Notes under the pieces: generated by a model
Seen by the model: only the letters and a program-made list of their open reading frames with translations
Database searches by the model: none
Told to the model about the DNA's origin: nothing
Assembly (NCBI RefSeq): GCF_000015225.1
Contig: NC_008698.1
Span: forward strand, 1,260,001 to 1,292,000
Length of the DNA stretch: 32,000 bases
Direction: 5' to 3'
DNA from: Thermofilum pendens Hrk 5
Lineage (GTDB): Archaea; Thermoproteota; Thermoprotei; Thermofilales; Thermofilaceae
Shown: in pieces, positions 15,472-23,845 of the stretch
Numbering within the stretch: position 1 is the stretch's first letter
Layout: every line of letters starts with the position of its first letter
Position numbers and translations under genes: made by a program

Positions 15472-17577
15472 TTAGATAAAGATAACCGCGTAGCTACGCC
15501 CAGTCTGTGGATTGCGCACAGATGCACCTTCGCCCGTGTACGCTATGTACTCGGAGATCTCGGGTCCCTGCTCAAGAACGTAGACCATTGCGTCTCCGCG
15601 TCGAAGCACGCCCCCCTCCTTCCAGCGGGCCAGCTCTACCTCGCCGTCACCCATCTCCACTATGAGCCTCCCGCGGGTAAGCCTGAGGAAATCCGCGAGA
15701 TCCACGATCTTCTGGCTGAGCCCCCTCAGGTTACCGCTACTCTCTATAACTAGGCTCCCCCTTGCGCGCTTTAGCCGGATCTTAAGAACTCCTCTCTCGG
15801 AGCCGACGATCTCGAAGTTTCTCGTTATAAGCCCTATGGAGTCTTCGCCTTCCCCGGAGCCACCCTCCACCGTGTACCTCACGCTGAACCCGCTCTTCCT
15901 GAACATCACCAGCCTAGACAGTTGCTCCGGGGGTCCCACGAACGTTTCAAGCATCTCCGCGGCCTCCGAGCCACTTATCCCGAGGTTCCTCAAGGCGCTG
16001 GTGTTACCGGACACCCTTGCCAGTGAGACTGCCCCGACGGCACGTATGATGTTCCTCCTGAACCTCCTTATCTTCTCGCTGAGAAAATGCACTACGTCGC
16101 GCTTCCTCCTCGCGTAGTTCGTAAACGCCTCGCCGACCCACTTTACCAGCCCCGCGTAGTCCGTGGAGTCCGGGGGGCTGTGCTTTTCGAGTACTTTTGC
16201 GGGAACTGCGAGGCGCACCCTCGACGGGACGCCGCGCCGCCCAACCCTGCCTAGCCTCTGTACAACGTCCTCGGCCGCGACGCCCCCCATGTACCCTAGC
16301 TTCACGGGGCCTAGGTTGACTCCCTGGGATGTCGCCTCGCTACCGACTATTACCTGTGCTTCCTCAACGCAGGCACCGACGAGGTTCCTCGTGACGATGT
16401 CGCTCGCGATGCACCTGCACGGTATGCCTTCACCCTTAAGCCTGACGGCTAGCTCGGCGACGGCGTAGAGCCTCTCGAGTATTACCAAGGCTTTCCCCCC
16501 ACCGAAGCCTTCGAGATCCCTCCGCAGATTCTCCAAGACTATCTCTTGGACAGCCTCAGAGGCCTCGTAGTACGCACCTATACCCTTCTTCTCCGTTTCG
16601 ACCGGGTGCAAGACCAGCTCCATGGGTCCCTTAACGCCGAACCCTTCTCCCTTGGAGACCCTAGCTTCAACGCGGCTCGGCCTGACGCCGGCGTCCTGGA
16701 GTTCCTCTAGTATGTCGTCTGCGGGCGTCGCCGAGGAGAAGACGACCGGTAGGTTTGTATCGCTTTTGAACATCGAGATCACCGCGTGTAGTGCGTCGAC
16801 CTCGTATGGGCCGTAGAGGTGGAACTCGTCCACGAATACGGGGTGCACGAGCACTCTCTCCTTCACGCCCTGTATCTTGCTCAGCTCGAAGCGCGTAGCG
16901 GTCTTCGTACTCCTCAAAGCGTCCTCGAGTGCACGCTCGTCTTTGCCCGCCGCCAGACTCACAAGCAGGTTGTGGACTGTTTTACCGACGTCTTCGAAGT
17001 CTCTGTAGGCGCCCGTGTAGATGAGAAGGTACGTATCCGGCGTCGCGAAAACGACGTGGTAAAGCCCGCCCTTCCTGCTGAGCTTGTAAAGCATCTCCGC
17101 CTGCTTGTAGACGAAGTCCCTCTTCGTGGGGTCCCCTACGATAAACCTCCCGGAAAGTGCTTGCAGGGCAACGTACCTCGAGCCGCACACCGCGGCGTCC
17201 AAGTCGCAACCCACCTCAGCGGGCACCTCGTACACTAGGAGAGAGGAGTCTCCGCCAAAGCCCTCCAAGGGTCTAGCGCCCAGAGCCTCCGAGAGCGCCG
17301 AGGCAACGGTCTCCATCTGGTTTTGCAGTAGAACGTTGTTCGGGTAGAGCGCCACGAAGCCCGGGAAATCCTCTCCATCGAGGCCCGGCGAGAGCAGGAG
17401 CGTGAGGGTCTTCCCGGAACCCGTCGGAGCGACGAGCAGGACGTCTGAGCGCTTTCCAAGCTCCCTGGATACCTCGACTTGGAATTCCGTGAGCTTGTAG
17501 GATCCGAGGAGTCTCTCCGGCTTGCTGTAGGGGGTGTAGACGGGGTCTACCCGTATCACCAGCTCTTCCACGGACAT
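15472..17577 (-). CDS. cas3: Cas3' superfamily-2 helicase (no HD domain)
   Basis: 701 aa. Motifs are Walker A LLVAPTGSGKTLTLLL, motif II VFVDEFHLYG, SSATP, TSQGVNLG and motif VI VQRLGRVGRRG. Helicase motif I begins about 50 aa from the N-terminus, which leaves no room for an HD nuclease domain. Confidence 0.85.
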   Translation of the reverse strand: MSVEELVIRVDPVYTPYSKPERLLGSYKLTEFQVEVSRELGKRSDVLLVAPTGSGKTLTLLLSPGLDGEDFPGFVALYPNNVLLQNQMETVASALSEALGARPLEGFGGDSSLLVYEVPAEVGCDLDAAVCGSRYVALQALSGRFIVGDPTKRDFVYKQAEMLYKLSRKGGLYHVVFATPDTYLLIYTGAYRDFEDVGKTVHNLLVSLAAGKDERALEDALRSTKTATRFELSKIQGVKERVLVHPVFVDEFHLYGPYEVDALHAVISMFKSDTNLPVVFSSATPADDILEELQDAGVRPSRVEARVSKGEGFGVKGPMELVLHPVETEKKGIGAYYEASEAVQEIVLENLRRDLEGFGGGKALVILERLYAVAELAVRLKGEGIPCRCIASDIVTRNLVGACVEEAQVIVGSEATSQGVNLGPVKLGYMGGVAAEDVVQRLGRVGRRGVPSRVRLAVPAKVLEKHSPPDSTDYAGLVKWVGEAFTNYARRKRDVVHFLSEKIRRFRRNIIRAVGAVSLARVSGNTSALRNLGISGSEAAEMLETFVGPPEQLSRLVMFRKSGFSVRYTVEGGSGEGEDSIGLITRNFEIVGSERGVLKIRLKRARGSLVIESSGNLRGLSQKIVDLADFLRLTRGRLIVEMGDGEVELARWKEGGVLRRGDAMVYVLEQGPEISEYIAYTGEGASVRNPQTGRSYAVIFI

Positions 17578-17587
17578 AGACCCGGGC

Positions 17588-18268
17588 TCACTCGAGCTTC
17601 AAAGCAGGGACGACAACCTCTTTAGTCTTTGAATCCCTCACCGGCACCACGTAGGCTTCCTCTGCGACCCCAAATATACCCACGTCTCCCGCTTCGTGAC
17701 GCAACAGAACCGTGTAACCGTCAACCCTTACAACATCGTTAACGTTGAACGGGTGTGTAACTTTCCTGTTGTTAGCTATGTCGACGGGAACCCGGGTCAA
17801 CTCCACCCAGAGGGTACCCGCCCTCTTAGCGCCAATCCTGACGGCGAACCTAGACGGTAGCTCGCCCTCCGATACTATCAAGGTTTCAAGTATGCTGCCC
17901 GGCGCGAGGACAACGTTCTTCGTGAAGTCTGGGTAGGACAGCCTCCCCTTCCCCTTCGCCTGCACGGTGCTTTCCCCTATCGCCGACATGATAACCTCCT
18001 GCGTGTAAGCCCTCTTGGCGATAGCGGGGTAGGCGTAGACACCGTGCTCCCTGAACAGCTCCAGCAGAGACCTGTAGCCCTTCCTCCCGTATATCGAGAC
18101 GTAGCCGAATGCTGGGTCAGCGTCATAGCCCGCTAAGGCGAGCGTTAACCCGTAGTTGTGCACCACAGGTACCACGCTGTGCGTGTAAAAGCTCTCAGTA
18201 GCCCTCGCCAGCGTATGGTACCAGAGAAAGCCTTTTAGCCTGAGCTCCGCGCGGTAGAAAAACACCAT
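17588..18268 (-). CDS. csc1: Cas5-family subunit, Csc1-like (type I-D)
   Basis: 226 aa. The N-terminal FYRAELRLKGFLWYHT...VVHNYGLTLALAG fits the Csc1/Cas5 pattern (..n.aLtyALg). Its position between the Csc2-like gene and cas3' is also consistent. Confidence 0.6.
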   Translation of the reverse strand: MVFFYRAELRLKGFLWYHTLARATESFYTHSVVPVVHNYGLTLALAGYDADPAFGYVSIYGRKGYRSLLELFREHGVYAYPAIAKRAYTQEVIMSAIGESTVQAKGKGRLSYPDFTKNVVLAPGSILETLIVSEGELPSRFAVRIGAKRAGTLWVELTRVPVDIANNRKVTHPFNVNDVVRVDGYTVLLRHEAGDVGIFGVAEEAYVVPVRDSKTKEVVVPALKLE

Positions 18269-18282
18269 ACCGGTCGCCGGCG

Positions 18283-19407
18283 CTACTCCTCCTCAGACTC
18301 CTCGGGCTCGGCTTTCTTCGACCTTGACTTCTTACCCGACCCTTTCTGACCTCCGCCCTTTAGCTCCTCCACCCACTTAACCATCTTCTCGGCGAAGTCT
18401 ATACTGCTCCTCCACAGATCCTTGAAGAGACCGTTGGGATCCTTGTGGTCGACGGCTGCCAGCAACTTGGAATTATCTACGGGCGTGAAGCCGAGCTTCT
18501 CCAGCCTTTCCTTCAAGTTCTTCTTGACTTCTTCATACCCTTTCCCGGCGTTCTCGGCAGCCAAGTCGTACGCTGTCGTCGAAGCGTACTTTCCAGCCTT
18601 TACCCCCAGTATCTCGACCCTGACCGTTCCGTAAATGCCGGATCTTCCTCCGAGCTCGCGGAGAGTTGCCAGCGAGTACAGCGTGGCTACCAGCTCGGGC
18701 TCTGTCAGGTCTACGAGCTCGGCTCTACCGATGAACACGGTTCCGGGCTCCACGTGCACTTCGCTGAAGAGTGCCTGCCCGGTCATAGAGAGGTGGCCCT
18801 CCGTGACCTTGTTGTGAGTCTCCGGGGTAATTCTCCTCTGAGTTGCAAACGCCGGGTCGAACCTAACCCTCGTCTTTATACCGATGCTAAGCCCACCGAA
18901 CTTCTCGTTGTGCTGTTCGGTGAGCGCGGCTCCGAAAATCGTACAGTGAGGACAGAACCCGTCCATGCCTATGTCGGTAGCCTTTTCCCCGAACTCCGCG
19001 AGCGGAGGCTGAATCGTGCAGTTCCACTCCTCGCTAACCTTCTTGAAACCGAGATCCTTAGCCTTCCCGATTACCTCCTGAACGAGCCACCTCTTCGAGA
19101 CTTCGTCGAGAGAGTCCCTGTACTCTCTCAGCAACTGGAGCATCTGCCTCCTCGTAACCGCCATGAGCTTCTGGGGCTGTATGACGGGAACTTCCATCGC
19201 GCCTCCGCTGTACTCCAAGGTCGTCATGTTTATCGTGCCGGCGCCCTCCGTTCTAAGCAACAGGTAGTTCGCGGCCCTCACGAGGAAGACTACTTCTATC
19301 CTGTGAGCCTTTGGAAAGATCCTGTCCTTATCCCCGATGCTCCTAAGGTAGGGTCTAAGGTCGCCCAGCCCCAGCTCCGCCAACACGTCCCTCTTTTCAC
19401 CACTCAT
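18283..19407 (-). CDS. csc2: Cas7-family backbone subunit, Csc2-like (type I-D)
   Basis: 374 aa. GFCPHCTIFGAALTEQ followed by TRVRFDPAFAT resembles the Csc2 signature as I recall it from cyanobacterial Csc2 (C..CPDC.IYGFA ... V.SDSAF). It lacks the Csa2 (type I-A) motifs. The ATG overlaps the upstream stop (ATGA at 19404-19407). Confidence 0.65.
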   Translation of the reverse strand: MSGEKRDVLAELGLGDLRPYLRSIGDKDRIFPKAHRIEVVFLVRAANYLLLRTEGAGTINMTTLEYSGGAMEVPVIQPQKLMAVTRRQMLQLLREYRDSLDEVSKRWLVQEVIGKAKDLGFKKVSEEWNCTIQPPLAEFGEKATDIGMDGFCPHCTIFGAALTEQHNEKFGGLSIGIKTRVRFDPAFATQRRITPETHNKVTEGHLSMTGQALFSEVHVEPGTVFIGRAELVDLTEPELVATLYSLATLRELGGRSGIYGTVRVEILGVKAGKYASTTAYDLAAENAGKGYEEVKKNLKERLEKLGFTPVDNSKLLAAVDHKDPNGLFKDLWRSSIDFAEKMVKWVEELKGGGQKGSGKKSRSKKAEPEESEEE

Positions 19408-19880
19408 TCCGACTCACCTGTTTCAACAACATTTTCAACTTTACCCGGTTCCCGGGGAAAAACCTCAGACAAGAACTGTTCCACGTATGGAGGAAACGAG
19501 CGGTGCATAGCCATCTCTGCTATAGACGATACCACGATATTCATAAGCTCTATCCTAGATCCAACGGAGATATCCTTAGAAGCCTCCACGAACTTTCTGA
19601 GAAGCCCCTCCAGCAAGCTGGCGAAGCATTCTCTGGCAACTCGGCTTCTCAGCTCGTCCGGTATATGGGCCCTGGCAATCTCGGGTATGAGCTCGTCCTT
19701 CCCCCACGCGTAGATTACAAGCGTCTCCAAAGCCCTCCTCACCTCCTTGGTGTACGCGTGGGTCGACCTGCCGCCTCGCCGTTGCCCGACAACAGACATT
19801 AACCCTGCCAAGCGCTCTGTGTAGTAGTTTATGCTCCTAGAGGAGTCGTACCTACATTTGTCGATCAAATTCACAGCCAC
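19404..19880 (-). CDS. Small helical protein, probable small subunit (Cas11d-like), in frame with cas10d
   Basis: 158 aa, predicted mostly helical from composition. It sits between the large subunit and Cas7, where a small subunit is expected. The reading frame continues directly from cas10d after a single TAG. The true start is uncertain: GTG 19880, GTG 19874, TTG 19868, or the first ATG at residue 28. Confidence 0.5.
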   Translation of the reverse strand: MAVNLIDKCRYDSSRSINYYTERLAGLMSVVGQRRGGRSTHAYTKEVRRALETLVIYAWGKDELIPEIARAHIPDELRSRVARECFASLLEGLLRKFVEASKDISVGSRIELMNIVVSSIAEMAMHRSFPPYVEQFLSEVFPREPGKVENVVETGESE

Positions 19881-21731
19881 CTACACCACCTCTTCCAGCA
19901 TGCTAATAACGTGGAAAAGCTCAGAATAAGCGGAGGGGGACGCATACTGCGCCATCAGCGGGGCTAGGCTCGGCGGGTAATCGAGGACGCCGAGCACCGT
20001 GGGGGCAGAAGACGCGGGACCCTTCCTAGCGCCCAGCTCGCCTAGGAAAGCCATTGCGAGCGCCACGAACGGGGTGTACCTCCCCAGGTTTCTGTCGGCG
20101 GGACTGTAGGAGTAAATGCTCCTAACGCCAATGTCCGACCTGAACAGCGTGCCGGGGTTATCTAGCGGCACGTGGTCGGAGACCGTGAGCGGGTAAAGCC
20201 CGGCGGATATCACTAGCCCCGCTCTGCTTACGATGTTCACTATCCTTTCTTCACCTCTACCCTTAAAGTTTCCAAAGGCAAATATCCTGGAAGAGAACCA
20301 GTCAGTGTAAAAGTTTCCACCGATGTTAAGCACATCCTCCAGGCTTTCAGCGAACGAGTCTGGAGACTCCAAGGCGTCAACGTCAATGCCACCCGATACG
20401 AGCGCACCGAGTATCCTAGCCAAGTCTTCCAGAGCTATTGCAGAGGTAGAAGCACTAAAAGACGCTGAGACCACGTCGCTACCCGTAGACCGCTTCACCA
20501 TCCTTAAGTACAACAGGTAGTCGCCCATACAGAGCGGGCACATGCTACCCTCGTTGAGGCTACCGAAGAGTTGATTGAGGTTGCGGGGCGGGGACCGCCT
20601 CGTCCACTTCTCGGTCTTCGGGGCGCGGGCCCCGACTAGCTCAGCGAGGGTTTTAGCGTAGCCAACGGTGACCGCCGACTCGGTTTTTAAACCGCAGATA
20701 ACGCAGGTGAACTTGCCGCCATCTCTGTAATCAACGCCTTCGAACCCGAGGTTCACGGATACATCACTGGGAAGGACGGGGCTGGAGCCTAGGAACATCG
20801 TGTCAACGTTTCTGCCACCGTAATACAGCAATGTAACCTCGTAGGCCGAAACCTTCCTGCCAAAAAGCACGGATTTCTCACAGTCTTTCTTCTTGAAGCC
20901 ACTATATGTCGGATCCTTGGACTTCTCACCTTTCTTGGAATGCTCCTCGACACACGCGCGCTGGTCACAACACTCCGCGAACTTTGCCAGCTTATCGGCG
21001 AGAACGTCGTGAATGATCGGTTCCCCGAAGAAGCCCCTCTCGGCGAATTCCCTCCACTCCACAGTGAGTTGTAGAGGTTTCTCGGATACAACGAGCATCC
21101 CGAAGGGAGTCGAGATAACCGTTAAAACTCCCAGCTCCTCTCTCCTACTCCTCAACTCCCGGTACACGTAGTACGAGATAGCCGCCCTCAGGTACACGTG
21201 GGGCACGTTCACGTTCAACAAGGTCGCGTGCAACTCCTTGTTCAAGTCTCTCCCGAGATCCTCTACCAATGAAAACATATCGGCGGGCGAGGAGGAACCC
21301 TGAACCCTGTCCGCAAACCTCAGCAAAGACCAGACCCAGCCGGGGTAGCTTGGATCAGCCATGGTCTCAGCCGGGTTCGTCCTAACATACCTCGCAAGCC
21401 TCGATGCACCGTCTACGCCCAGCAACTCCAGCCTATCCTTAACCCACTCCTCAACCCTCTTCAAAGAGGCCTTCCCGAGTACGCCCAGCTTCTGCCCGAG
21501 GTCGTGTATAAACCCCAGTATGAACGCCTCATCCTCGCCGGGGGCATCCCCCGCGCACTCCCCCACCCCTGCGACGAGCTCCTGGAACAGCGCCCCCACG
21601 CTGTAACCGTGAACCAAGAGGCTGATACTAGTCCAGTACTTCGCCGGCAAAGCCGAGAGAGGCGGAGGCAACAACGAGTAGGCAATCGTCGCGCGAGAGC
21701 CCGCGTCCATGAAGCCCCCTCCACTTTGCAT
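19881..21731 (-). CDS. cas10d: Cas10d-like large subunit with N-terminal HD nuclease domain
   Basis: 616 aa. HD-domain signature is SLLVHGYSVGA ... FILGFIHDLGQKLG. Paired cysteines KFTCVICGLK ... MCPLCMGDY form a Zn-finger-like pair. It is the first gene of the operon encoding Csc2, Csc1 and an HD-less Cas3', which is the type I-D arrangement. Confidence 0.65.
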   Translation of the reverse strand: MQSGGGFMDAGSRATIAYSLLPPPLSALPAKYWTSISLLVHGYSVGALFQELVAGVGECAGDAPGEDEAFILGFIHDLGQKLGVLGKASLKRVEEWVKDRLELLGVDGASRLARYVRTNPAETMADPSYPGWVWSLLRFADRVQGSSSPADMFSLVEDLGRDLNKELHATLLNVNVPHVYLRAAISYYVYRELRSRREELGVLTVISTPFGMLVVSEKPLQLTVEWREFAERGFFGEPIIHDVLADKLAKFAECCDQRACVEEHSKKGEKSKDPTYSGFKKKDCEKSVLFGRKVSAYEVTLLYYGGRNVDTMFLGSSPVLPSDVSVNLGFEGVDYRDGGKFTCVICGLKTESAVTVGYAKTLAELVGARAPKTEKWTRRSPPRNLNQLFGSLNEGSMCPLCMGDYLLYLRMVKRSTGSDVVSASFSASTSAIALEDLARILGALVSGGIDVDALESPDSFAESLEDVLNIGGNFYTDWFSSRIFAFGNFKGRGEERIVNIVSRAGLVISAGLYPLTVSDHVPLDNPGTLFRSDIGVRSIYSYSPADRNLGRYTPFVALAMAFLGELGARKGPASSAPTVLGVLDYPPSLAPLMAQYASPSAYSELFHVISMLEEVV

Positions 21732-21750
21732 CTTCTCTTACCCTAAAGTC

Positions 21751-21762
21751 TACATAAACTTT
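21751..21762 (-). promoter_or_regulatory. TATA-like element upstream of cas10d
   Basis: The minus strand reads AAAGTTTATGTA, centred about 26 nt upstream of the cas10d ATG at 21731. Confidence 0.4.
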
Positions 21763-21815
21763 TCTAACAGAATACACTGAAACTAAACCAAATTGCTCAC
21801 GATTCAAAGGCTCCT

Positions 21816-21824
21816 TCAAAAACC
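21816..21824 (-). terminator. Oligo-T tract downstream of array 4
   Basis: The minus strand reads GCGGTTTTTGAAGG (T5 = + strand A5 at 21818-21822). It lies between the degenerate terminal repeat of array 4 and the cas10d TATA. The function is inferred only. Confidence 0.3.
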
Positions 21825-21851
21825 GCGAGCTATAGACGTTCACAGAGCAAC

Positions 21852-22413
21852 ACTTTCAGTCTTGTCAATTAAAACTCTTCGACCCAACACTTCGCAGAGT
21901 CCTCTCTCTTAGTCTTGCTGATTTTGAACAAGAAGCAGGGATCCCCGCACGCGAGGCATGGCTTACGCTCTTAGTCTTGCTGATTTTGAACTGACTTAGA
22001 CATCAATTTCACTGAGAGGTGTCTCTCTTAGTCTTGCTGATTTTGAACGAATTGGACACGAGCTTCTTCTCTGGTTGCCGGCCTCTTAGTCTTGCTGATT
22101 TTGAACTGTGGGCCCTCCTGCCGACCCGGAACACTACCTCTACTCTTAGTCTTGCTGATTTTGAACAAGGAAAGAAGAAGCTCTGGAGCAGGTATTCGAC
22201 GGGCTCTCTTAGTCTTGCTGATTTTGAACGAAGCACCGAAAGATCTGCTGTGGATTCTCAAGTTAGCTCTTAGTCTTGCTGATTTTGAACCGGCGTTGAG
22301 AAGATTGCGAGCCTAATGAGCAGACGTCACGTCTCTTAGTCTTGCTGATTTTGAACCGTCATAGCGGTAAAGCTGGCGAGGAGGGTCGGCTCTTAGTCTT
22401 GCTGATTTTGAAC
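21852..22413 (-). CRISPR. CRISPR array 4: 9 intact repeats plus 1 degenerate terminal repeat, 9 spacers
   Basis: Intact repeats start at 21906, 21968, 22025, 22083, 22143, 22206, 22267, 22333 and 22390. The degenerate copy ACTTTCAGTCTTGTCAATTAAAAC lies at 21852-21875. Spacers are 30-42 nt. The leader lies on the right. Confidence 0.95.
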
Positions 22414-22680
22414 TGAGGGGGTTTGTGGGGGCTTCTTCCCGAAGCCCTGCTTAACATTTCTCTGTGGCGGTATAAAACGTTTTCTGTTCCCTTCTTCCCG
22501 TTGAGAACAAATCCCCGAAAAACATTTATAAATGACGCCGTCATATCAATCCAACGGGAAGGACTGGCAAAGGAAAAATCCCCGAAACACCTTTAACCTT
22601 GACACCGTCAACGCTTTATAAGCCTTCCCAAGCAGAGGCTTTAAGGGTTGAAATGCGGGTTTGCGGCTAGTTTTCGCGTG
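22414..22680 (-). promoter_or_regulatory. CRISPR leader copy L4 (serves array 4)
   Basis: Nearly identical to the reverse complement of L2, including the distal ...GCGGCTAGTTTTCGCGTG. Palindromes lie at 22533-22543 and 22600-22610, and GCTTTATAAGCC lies at 22613-22624. Confidence 0.85.
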
Positions 22681-22812
22681 CTGTTTTGTGTACGCAAAAC
22701 CTCGCCGGGCGGCGTGCTTGGATGAGGGTGTTGGGACTGTTTTTCCGGCGGTGCTGGCGGGGTTTGTTCGCGGGTGGGCTTCGGGGGCTTTTTGTCCGCG
22801 TGGGTTGTGCCG

Positions 22813-23421
22813 CTACTCTTCGGGTTTGAGTGTCGAGAAGTCTATGTTTTCAAGCCCTTCTACCGGGGTTCGAGAGGCTACGACGAGCACGTAGTTGTCT
22901 CGCTTGAAGTGCTCGAGTATTCTCGAGGAGCTCTGCGCGTCTACGCCTACGAATGGGTCGTCTAGGCACATTAGCTCCACGTAGGGTGCGACTGCGAGCG
23001 CCGCGGCTAGCTGGGCCCTCCTCCTCATGCCCATTGAGAGCTTGCCGAGCTTCACGTTGGGTGGGACTCCCGCGAGCCTTAAGGCTTCCAGGGAGTCTAT
23101 GCTGTCCGGGTAGAAGCCGGAGACCGCGTCTACGTACTGCTTCGCGGTTACGCGTAGGGGGACGTCGATGAGCTCTGTCAGGTAGAATATCCTCTGCCTG
23201 CGTTTCTCGGCGGCTTCCCCGTTCAGCAGGACGTACCCCTCCAGCGGCTCTAGGAGGGTTGAAAGGGTCTTCAGGAGGGTTGTTTTGCCAACGCCGTTCG
23301 GGCCGAAGAATGCGATGGCGCTGCCCCTCTCGAACTGGAGGTTGAGGGCCTTCGTTAAGGGCTCCGAGTAGCCGACAACGAGGTTTCTCAGCTCCAGCAC
23401 TCTACTCCACCTCGTCTGCAA
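22813..23421 (-). CDS. ABC transporter ATP-binding protein (short, single NBD)
   Basis: 202 aa. Motifs are Walker A FFGPNGVGKTTLLKTL, signature-like LSMGMRRRAQLAAAL and Walker B LMCLDDPFVGVD. Confidence 0.85.
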   Translation of the reverse strand: MQTRWSRVLELRNLVVGYSEPLTKALNLQFERGSAIAFFGPNGVGKTTLLKTLSTLLEPLEGYVLLNGEAAEKRRQRIFYLTELIDVPLRVTAKQYVDAVSGFYPDSIDSLEALRLAGVPPNVKLGKLSMGMRRRAQLAAALAVAPYVELMCLDDPFVGVDAQSSSRILEHFKRDNYVLVVASRTPVEGLENIDFSTLKPEE

Positions 23422-23845
23422 GGTACCTGAGTAGGGTTATAAGCGTTAGTAGCAGGACTACTAGGCCGAACGCGGGGAAGGAGCCCAGCGCGGCGGCGCC
23501 GAGGACGCCTGGGGCTACGATCCCGCAAGCTACCGCGAGCCTGGGCCAGCGGGGCTCTCCCACGGCGCGTAGCGTCAGGGCGCCGTCCTCGTATGCTACT
23601 TCGACGTCGGAGTCGATGAAGAGGAACTGGGCGACTTCGTGGACGTACGCGTATGCGAAGAACGCGAGCACGATCTCTGCTACGTTCGCGATGCACGAGT
23701 AGCACCCTGTTAACACGCCTACCAGGGAGGCGGCGAGCAGGAGCAGTACGAGTAGCCGGGATAGCCACGTGCCTAGTAGCTTTGCCGTCAGGGCCTTCAG
23801 GAAGCCTGGGACGTCCCTTCTAGCAACCAAGCTTGTGCCTCGCAT
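23402..23845 (-). CDS. Small integral membrane protein, unknown function
   Basis: 147 aa with about 3-4 hydrophobic segments (LLVLLLLAASLVGVLTG, IVLAFFAYAYV, GLVVLLLTLITLL). It overlaps both neighbours by about 20-26 nt, which suggests an operon. The alternative frame 23388..23768 is Arg/Pro-rich and looks spurious. Confidence 0.55.
   Translation of the reverse strand: MRGTSLVARRDVPGFLKALTAKLLGTWLSRLLVLLLLAASLVGVLTGCYSCIANVAEIVLAFFAYAYVHEVAQFLFIDSDVEVAYEDGALTLRAVGEPRWPRLAVACGIVAPGVLGAAALGSFPAFGLVVLLLTLITLLRYLADEVE

Noticed and set aside
18445-19713. A 422-aa plus-strand ORF lies antisense to csc2 and the cas11d-like gene.
   Set aside because: It is remarkably long, but it has no recognisable motifs and no plausible promoter or TATA, and it reads through two co-oriented minus-strand genes that do have family signatures. 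I treat it as an antisense shadow. Only strand-specific expression data could revive it.
23388-23768. An alternative 126-aa ORF overlaps the 147-aa membrane-protein gene.
   Set aside because: Its Arg/Pro-rich sequence has no hydrophobic core or motifs. The other frame encodes a coherent membrane protein that overlaps its operon neighbours.
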